From Desulfobulbaceae bacterium (GTDB lineage: Bacteria; Desulfobacterota; Desulfobulbia; Desulfobulbales; SURF-16), in contig JALNXE010000011.1 of NCBI GenBank assembly GCA_023230525.1, positions 844 to 64,843 of the forward strand: a DNA stretch of 64,000 bases, in the 5' to 3' direction. Shown piece by piece: positions 58,968-64,000 of the stretch. Both the position numbers and the translations under genes were made by a program. Each line of letters starts with the position of its first letter. The stretch's first letter is position 1. The notes under the pieces were generated by a model. The model was not told the origin of the DNA. It saw only the letters and a program-made list of their open reading frames with translations, and ran no database searches.

Positions 58968-58992
58968 CGGGCGGTTCGCGAACCGCCCCTAC
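58968..58992. repeat. REP-like element copy (GCGGGCGGTTCGCGAACCGCCCCTAC)
   Basis: Same core as 1103..1130. It abuts or overlaps the 3' end of the LysE gene. Confidence 0.65.
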
Positions 58993-59633
58993 ACCAGTCT
59001 CTCCAGACCGCTGTAGAGAAAGTAGCAGGCAAAGACCACCAGCAGGGAGGCGCAGGTGCCGATCAGGCCCCGGTAGAAGCGGTCGCTGAAAAAACGCTTG
59101 CCCCTGGCAATGGCAAAGGAGATGAGGGAATACCACAACAGATCGGCCAGGATATGGCCGCTAAAAAACGACAGCACCCCGGGCAGGCCGAACTTGAAGG
59201 AATGGATGATGTAGCCCAGCCCGATGGATGCCCACCAGATGCTCCAGTAGGGGTTGGCCAGGCTGAACACGATGCCGGCCAGCACCAGATTCTGCGATTT
59301 TTCCGTGCGAACGTCCAGATCAAGGCGCAGCGTCGGCAGACTGCGCAGCATGGAAACAGCCATCCACAGGAGAATCCCGCCGCCAAACAGGGCAATGACG
59401 ATAAAGACGCCGTCGCGGGCAAGCAAGGGGGCCATGCCGGACAACAGGGCCACCACCAGCACCAGCTCAAGCAGGCCGTGGCCCAGGATCATCAGCGGGC
59501 CGGCCGCGGCGCCCCGGCGGGAACTCTCACTGATGGTCACGGTAAGAAAAGGGCCGGGCATCAGGGCGCCGGACAGGGCGATCATAAACGAAGAGAAAAA
59601 TATGGCGGCCAGACTGGGCAGCATGGTTTTCAC
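58989..59633 (-). CDS. LysE/RhtB family amino-acid exporter
   Basis: 214 aa with six hydrophobic segments. N-terminal ALSGALMPGPFLTVTI is typical of LysE-type translocators. Confidence 0.75.
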   Translation of the reverse strand: MKTMLPSLAAIFFSSFMIALSGALMPGPFLTVTISESSRRGAAAGPLMILGHGLLELVLVVALLSGMAPLLARDGVFIVIALFGGGILLWMAVSMLRSLPTLRLDLDVRTEKSQNLVLAGIVFSLANPYWSIWWASIGLGYIIHSFKFGLPGVLSFFSGHILADLLWYSLISFAIARGKRFFSDRFYRGLIGTCASLLVVFACYFLYSGLERLV

Positions 59634-59666
59634 CGATCAAGGCAGGTGGCCCCGCCTCAGTTCCCT

Positions 59667-61970
59667 TTATTCACAGCGGCTGCGCACGGACTGCATCGCA
59701 TCCAGCAGATAGGGCGGGATGATGACCCCGGCCCGCTCCGCGTTGTCAAAGGCGTGCAGCAGATCCCGGTCGGCGATGCCGGCCTTTTCCCAGTAAGTGG
59801 CCGGGTCACTGGCAAAACCGGCAATGATCTCCAGCACCGCATCGTAGTCGCGGACCACATGGCAGAAGTTGGGCACCCAAGCCGGCGCCAGGCGGACAAT
59901 GTGGCTGCCGATGGTTTTCAGGCTGGAGGCGGTTTTCAGCTGGGCCAGGGTGGACTCCCAGAGATGGGCGCCGTTTTCCCCCAGGCCAAAGGGATCGACA
60001 AAGATATGCGGAGCGGGCAGGCTCTCAAAAAGCTTCAGATTGGTGATGGCGATGAGCAGCTCTTCAAAGGTGCCCATGCCGCCGATATTGTAGATCTTGA
60101 ACAGGGAGGTGCGGTCAAGGATGTTCTGCCGCATGTGCCGGGCTGAGTTGTTGAAATTAAGCAGAACAGGGGGCCGCAGGTTGGCCCGCTGACCGATCTT
60201 TTCACTGTCGATGCCGATGCCGATGCGCAGAATGCCCTGGTCGGCGGCCGCATCATCGGCGATGCGCATCACTCCCGGTCCGCTGCCGTGGCACACGGCG
60301 AAACAGCCGCCGATCTCAGGCACCTCACTCAGCCGGGCAAAAAACTGATGAATCTGTTCGGTGAGCACCTCATCCGTGCCCTCCACGTGGGAGCCGAACA
60401 TGGCGATCACGGTGTGCACATCGGCAATTTTCTCCTTGCCCTCCCGGGTCATCCAGAAACCGCGGTGGAACTCCCGCACATGCCTCTCGCCCCCGTCGCC
60501 GACAACCATGTAAAAACGGGCATCTTCCCGGCTGGACAGGTCGCAGAAGGTTTCATAGGTGGTCTGGCCGAAGTAGATGTTGCTCTGGGCGGCCAGGGCC
60601 TGCTCATGGCCGCCGTTGTCCAGGGTTTCGCTCCGCCGGATGCTGCGGCCGATAAAGACGCCGACATTATTGCGCTTGAGAACCCGCAGCGTGTCCGTCC
60701 CCGGGAACTGGTGGGAGACGAAAACCTTGCGCAGATTCTGGGCGCCGCCCACCAGCTCCAGGCTCTCCACAAAACCCCGCAAATCGGGGCTGATCTGCTC
60801 GCCGAAGTGCACGCCGGAGGTGATGGTGCCGCGCGCCGCCTCGTAGACAATGCGGTTCTGGGAGCTTTCATGCCACTCGTTTTCCAGCAGTTCCCGCTGG
60901 ATGTCAATGCACCTGCTGCGGGTAAGAATGCGGCCGTAATTGCCGCGCTGGGTGGGCTCCGAACTGAGGCTGTCAAACAGGGCGTCACAGACATTGATAT
61001 CAAAGATGCTGGTGGCGTCGGCGAAATCAACGCCGTCCAGCATGATTTTCCGGGCTCGGCTGCCTGACAGCAGACGGGTGGCCACCCGCGCGGTTGTCTG
61101 ATCGGCCGGGAACAGACGCAGACGCACCTGCAGATCATGGGTGGCCACCGGCTGGTCACTGCCGTTATAGAGTTCCACCTGCCGCGGGATGTTGATGCCG
61201 CTGGTGCGCACCGCATCAAGCAGCCGGGCGGCCAGATGAAAAACACCCGGCGCATTGAGCACCCTTTCGATCAAGGCACTATAGGGACCAAGCGAAATGC
61301 GGATGGCCCCGCACAAAAAATTTCCGGGCTCCAGGGTGGCGGGCAGCCCGCTGTGGGCATAATACTGGATCAGGCCCAGCCCCTGCTTGCTCTCGTAGAG
61401 CACGATCTGGCCGTTCTGGCCCGCGGTGAGCAGGGTGTTGGACAGCAGGTAGCGGATATTTTCCAGGGGGATGGTCACCACCCCGTTTCCGTCGATTTTC
61501 GATTTGGCGGTCAGCAGGATATGGTTATCGGCCGCGGCCTGCTCTATGGCCTCACGGGAGAGCGGCGGGGCCATGGGGACAAAGAGCCGGCCGATGGTCA
61601 GCCGTCTGTTGCCTTCCACCATGGCCTTGATCTCGGCAAACAGGGTATCGGGAATATTGGGATTGAGCGAGGTGAGCTGGACGGGCAGATCAATGCGCTT
61701 GCGCCGGGTGTCGATTTCCGGCAAGCCATCGCCGAAATCCACGTCAAGCCCGATCTGGGAATGTCCGCTCCTGCCGATCAGGCAGCAGTGCTGCCGGAGA
61801 AGCCCGGCGGCGGCGAAATCCCCGATAACGCCGCGCAGGGTATCGCTGGTATCCTCCAGACGCATGACCCCGGCCAGTTTAGGCACCCCGAGTACTTCAT
61901 CAATAGTGGGTTCCGTTTGCTGGTCAACCAGCAGATAACCGTCTTCCGTAAGCAGGGGGGGGCGCTTCAT
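59667..61970 (-). CDS. large protein with a C-terminal LOG/PpnN-like (TIGR00730-type Rossmann) domain and an unknown roughly 480 aa N-terminal region
   Basis: 767 aa. HGSGPGVMRIA and NIGGMGTFEELL match the LOG GGGxGxM and PGGxGTxxE motifs. Confidence 0.65.
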   Translation of the reverse strand: MKRPPLLTEDGYLLVDQQTEPTIDEVLGVPKLAGVMRLEDTSDTLRGVIGDFAAAGLLRQHCCLIGRSGHSQIGLDVDFGDGLPEIDTRRKRIDLPVQLTSLNPNIPDTLFAEIKAMVEGNRRLTIGRLFVPMAPPLSREAIEQAAADNHILLTAKSKIDGNGVVTIPLENIRYLLSNTLLTAGQNGQIVLYESKQGLGLIQYYAHSGLPATLEPGNFLCGAIRISLGPYSALIERVLNAPGVFHLAARLLDAVRTSGINIPRQVELYNGSDQPVATHDLQVRLRLFPADQTTARVATRLLSGSRARKIMLDGVDFADATSIFDINVCDALFDSLSSEPTQRGNYGRILTRSRCIDIQRELLENEWHESSQNRIVYEAARGTITSGVHFGEQISPDLRGFVESLELVGGAQNLRKVFVSHQFPGTDTLRVLKRNNVGVFIGRSIRRSETLDNGGHEQALAAQSNIYFGQTTYETFCDLSSREDARFYMVVGDGGERHVREFHRGFWMTREGKEKIADVHTVIAMFGSHVEGTDEVLTEQIHQFFARLSEVPEIGGCFAVCHGSGPGVMRIADDAAADQGILRIGIGIDSEKIGQRANLRPPVLLNFNNSARHMRQNILDRTSLFKIYNIGGMGTFEELLIAITNLKLFESLPAPHIFVDPFGLGENGAHLWESTLAQLKTASSLKTIGSHIVRLAPAWVPNFCHVVRDYDAVLEIIAGFASDPATYWEKAGIADRDLLHAFDNAERAGVIIPPYLLDAMQSVRSRCE

Positions 61971-62350
61971 ATGTCAAATCTCCAATATCGCTTGCCTGAA
62001 ACTACGGGTGGGCCTTTTTACCACCGGCGGAAAACCGGCCATTGCCACCGGACAAAAGGTAGCATAATTAGGGCGGATGATACAATAAAAGTTTGATGAA
62101 CCCGTAATTTATGCCCCTCAAGGGTGAAAACCCTCTTGGCAGGCCCGCGGTGCATGCCAAACCATGATTTATCGACCCAAAAATCCGGGGCCGCGGCTGG
62201 TAATCCTCTCTGGCGGTGCATGAAAAAATGCAGAAAAATTATCTCACCGGGCAAGTTGTGTTATATAATACAAAAAATACGCCAGCCGGCCGGCTGCCCC
62301 GCAAGCGGCAATTATCTTTTTACCAATTACCAACCCATGGAGGACCAGCA

Positions 62351-62566
62351 ATGAAGACCTGCAGTTTAAATGATTTTATGCAAGAGCTTAAACCGTGGCT
62401 GGACAGAGATCATATCCGTAAGGCCTTACTTGATGAACAGGGCCATTTTGTCGTGCACTTCGTGGATGGCATGAAAAACGTCTACCATATTGATGACTGT
62501 AACGAGGCGCAGATCAAGGATGTGCTGGTCAAACTGAAAGACCTGGGGATCACCGTGGAAAAATGA
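62351..62566 (+). CDS. small hypothetical protein
   Basis: ORF 62216..62566 trimmed to MKTCSLNDFMQELKPWLD (71 aa). A weak GGAGGA lies upstream. Confidence 0.45.
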   Translation: MKTCSLNDFMQELKPWLDRDHIRKALLDEQGHFVVHFVDGMKNVYHIDDCNEAQIKDVLVKLKDLGITVEK

Positions 62567-62647
62567 GGGCGGCAAACACCCTCGCCACCGCCGTCCGTTC
62601 AGCTGCCCGCCAGGTTTTTCCGCGCTGACCCGGCGGGAAAAGCACAT

Positions 62648-62685
62648 AAAAAAACCGGGCACCATTTGGGAGCCCGGTTTTTTTT
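62648..62685. terminator. bidirectional rho-independent terminator
   Basis: AAAAAAACCGGGC-accatttggga-GCCCGGTTTTTTTT between convergent small genes. Confidence 0.65.
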
Positions 62686-62702
62686 ATGCACTGACAGATG
62701 AA

Positions 62703-62873
62703 CTACCAGCGTTCCGTTCCGACAATCTCATTGACATTCAGGCATTTTGCTCTCTCGTCCGCGCTCAGCTTTCTCGGACTGGTGATATCCCCTCCGACAT
62801 CCTCCAGATAGCAGACGAATTCCTTTCCTTCTTCATCATTGAGCCATACCATTGATTCATATCCACCTTTCAT
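62703..62873 (-). CDS. small hypothetical protein
   Basis: ORF 62703..62894 trimmed to MKGGYESMVWLNDEEGKEF (56 aa). GGAGG lies 7 nt upstream of this ATG. Confidence 0.45.
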   Translation of the reverse strand: MKGGYESMVWLNDEEGKEFVCYLEDVGGDITSPRKLSADERAKCLNVNEIVGTERW

Positions 62874-63054
62874 GGCAAACCTCCATATCTTCAAACTTTA
62901 AAGTATTATTTTTTTATCTTCACTTTCACTGCTTCGTTAAGTCAGAAATTAAGACCGCAAACCTCTTGACACAATGGGATAATATTGATAGAAAAATAGT
63001 AGCATAAACTATCAATTTTTCCCAAAATCCTTGTCCCATAAGCGCCACGCCCCC

Positions 63055-63921
63055 ATGGAAGATTTCTCCCTGTGCGAAAATCTTTATAAAGACATCGTCA
63101 ACTCCCTGTCCGCCCATATCGCCATTCTCGACGAGAACGGGGTTATCCTGGCAACCAACCGGGCCTGGCAGGAATTTGCCCGCGAAAACGGCCTGCCGGC
63201 AGCGCTTGACTGGCAGGGCATGAACTATCTCTCCATCTGCGACCGGGCGGCAGCATCGTGCCTGGATGTTCACGAGCTGGCCGACGGCATCCGGCGGGTC
63301 ATCGCCGGCGAGGCGAAAGAATATGTCACCCGCTATCCCTGCCGCTCCCGGACGGAGAAACGCTGGTATACGCTGCGGGTGGTGGGCTACCGCTCCGCCG
63401 GCCTGCCGAAGGTCATTATCACCCATGAAGACATCACCCCCGTCATGGAGGCCCAGGAGGCTCTCATCAAAAAGGAGGCGGAACTCTCCGCCGGCAAACA
63501 ACAGCTCGAGGAGACAAATGTCGCCCTTAAGGTGCTGCTGCAGCATCGGGAACAGGACAAAGTCAAAACCGAAGAACAGGTGCTGGCCAATGTGGTGGGG
63601 CTGATCATGCCCTATGTGGAGAAATTGCAGCAGACGCCGCTGGACCCGCGCCAACTCACCCTGCTGGGTATCATAGAAACCCATCTGCAGGAAATCATCT
63701 CCCCCTTTCTCACCCGGATGTCCTCCATCCATCAGCTGCTCACCCCGCAGGAGATAAAGGTTGCCGCCCTTGTCCGCGCCGGGAAAACCAGCAAGGAAAT
63801 TGCCGATGCCCTTCAGGTTACCGCAAGCGCCGTGGACTTTCATCGCAAGAAGCTGAGGGAAAAACTGGGCCTCAGCAATACCTCATCAAATTTGCGGACT
63901 TACCTTCTCTCCCTGCATTGA
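63055..63921 (+). CDS. PAS-domain LuxR-family (HTH) transcriptional regulator
   Basis: MEDFSLCENLYKDIVNSLSAHIAILDENGVILATNRAW (PAS), a coiled-coil, and a C-terminal LuxR HTH (LTPQEIKVAALVRAGKTSKEIADALQVTASAVDFHRKKLREKLG). Confidence 0.8.
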   Translation: MEDFSLCENLYKDIVNSLSAHIAILDENGVILATNRAWQEFARENGLPAALDWQGMNYLSICDRAAASCLDVHELADGIRRVIAGEAKEYVTRYPCRSRTEKRWYTLRVVGYRSAGLPKVIITHEDITPVMEAQEALIKKEAELSAGKQQLEETNVALKVLLQHREQDKVKTEEQVLANVVGLIMPYVEKLQQTPLDPRQLTLLGIIETHLQEIISPFLTRMSSIHQLLTPQEIKVAALVRAGKTSKEIADALQVTASAVDFHRKKLREKLGLSNTSSNLRTYLLSLH

Positions 63922-64000
63922 GCCAGGGCAGATTTTTTTTCATTTTTTTTCATCAAAAATCATTATTTATTGACATTTTTTCTTGCTAAATATATTAGGC

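Noticed and set aside
60288-62096. + strand ORFs 60288..61067 and 61137..62096 opposite the LOG-like gene
   Set aside because: Shadow ORFs. The minus-strand frame carries the LOG motifs and is uninterrupted for 767 codons.

Overview
High-GC bacterial chromosome segment, probably from an anaerobic Desulfobacterota-type organism. That guess rests on the selenocysteine formate dehydrogenase operon, DapL, MinD/ferredoxin/NifX-like genes and many PAS/GAF/HD-GYP sensors. Most of the window is core metabolism and signalling: hisHF, dapL, fdnGHI-fdhE-mobB, znuA, several sensor kinases and a FecR-OmpA-CHASE2/HD-GYP operon. Five things stand out. (1) An 11 kb co-oriented cassette at 43.2-54.1 kb lies next to tRNA-Asn and tRNA-Pro. 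It combines a Type III Mod/Res pair with an SNF2 helicase, a translationally coupled small protein and an AlbA_2/HATPase_c_4 protein, and it contains a 177 bp imperfect palindrome. (2) A visibly AT-rich island at about 12.2-17.1 kb carries an HNH nuclease and three uncharacterised proteins. (3) A 1 kb non-coding region at 30.7-31.7 kb holds a perfect 16 bp palindrome, a good sigma-54 promoter match and a GGA-rich RNA closed by a long stem and U-tract. (4) Two large uncharacterised proteins are present, 722 aa beside tRNA-Pro and 767 aa with a C-terminal LOG-like domain. (5) A REP-like palindrome family is scattered through the window. The high GC produces many long antisense shadow ORFs in the ORF track, and I rejected those. 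All calls come from reading the translations and the DNA by eye. No database search was run.
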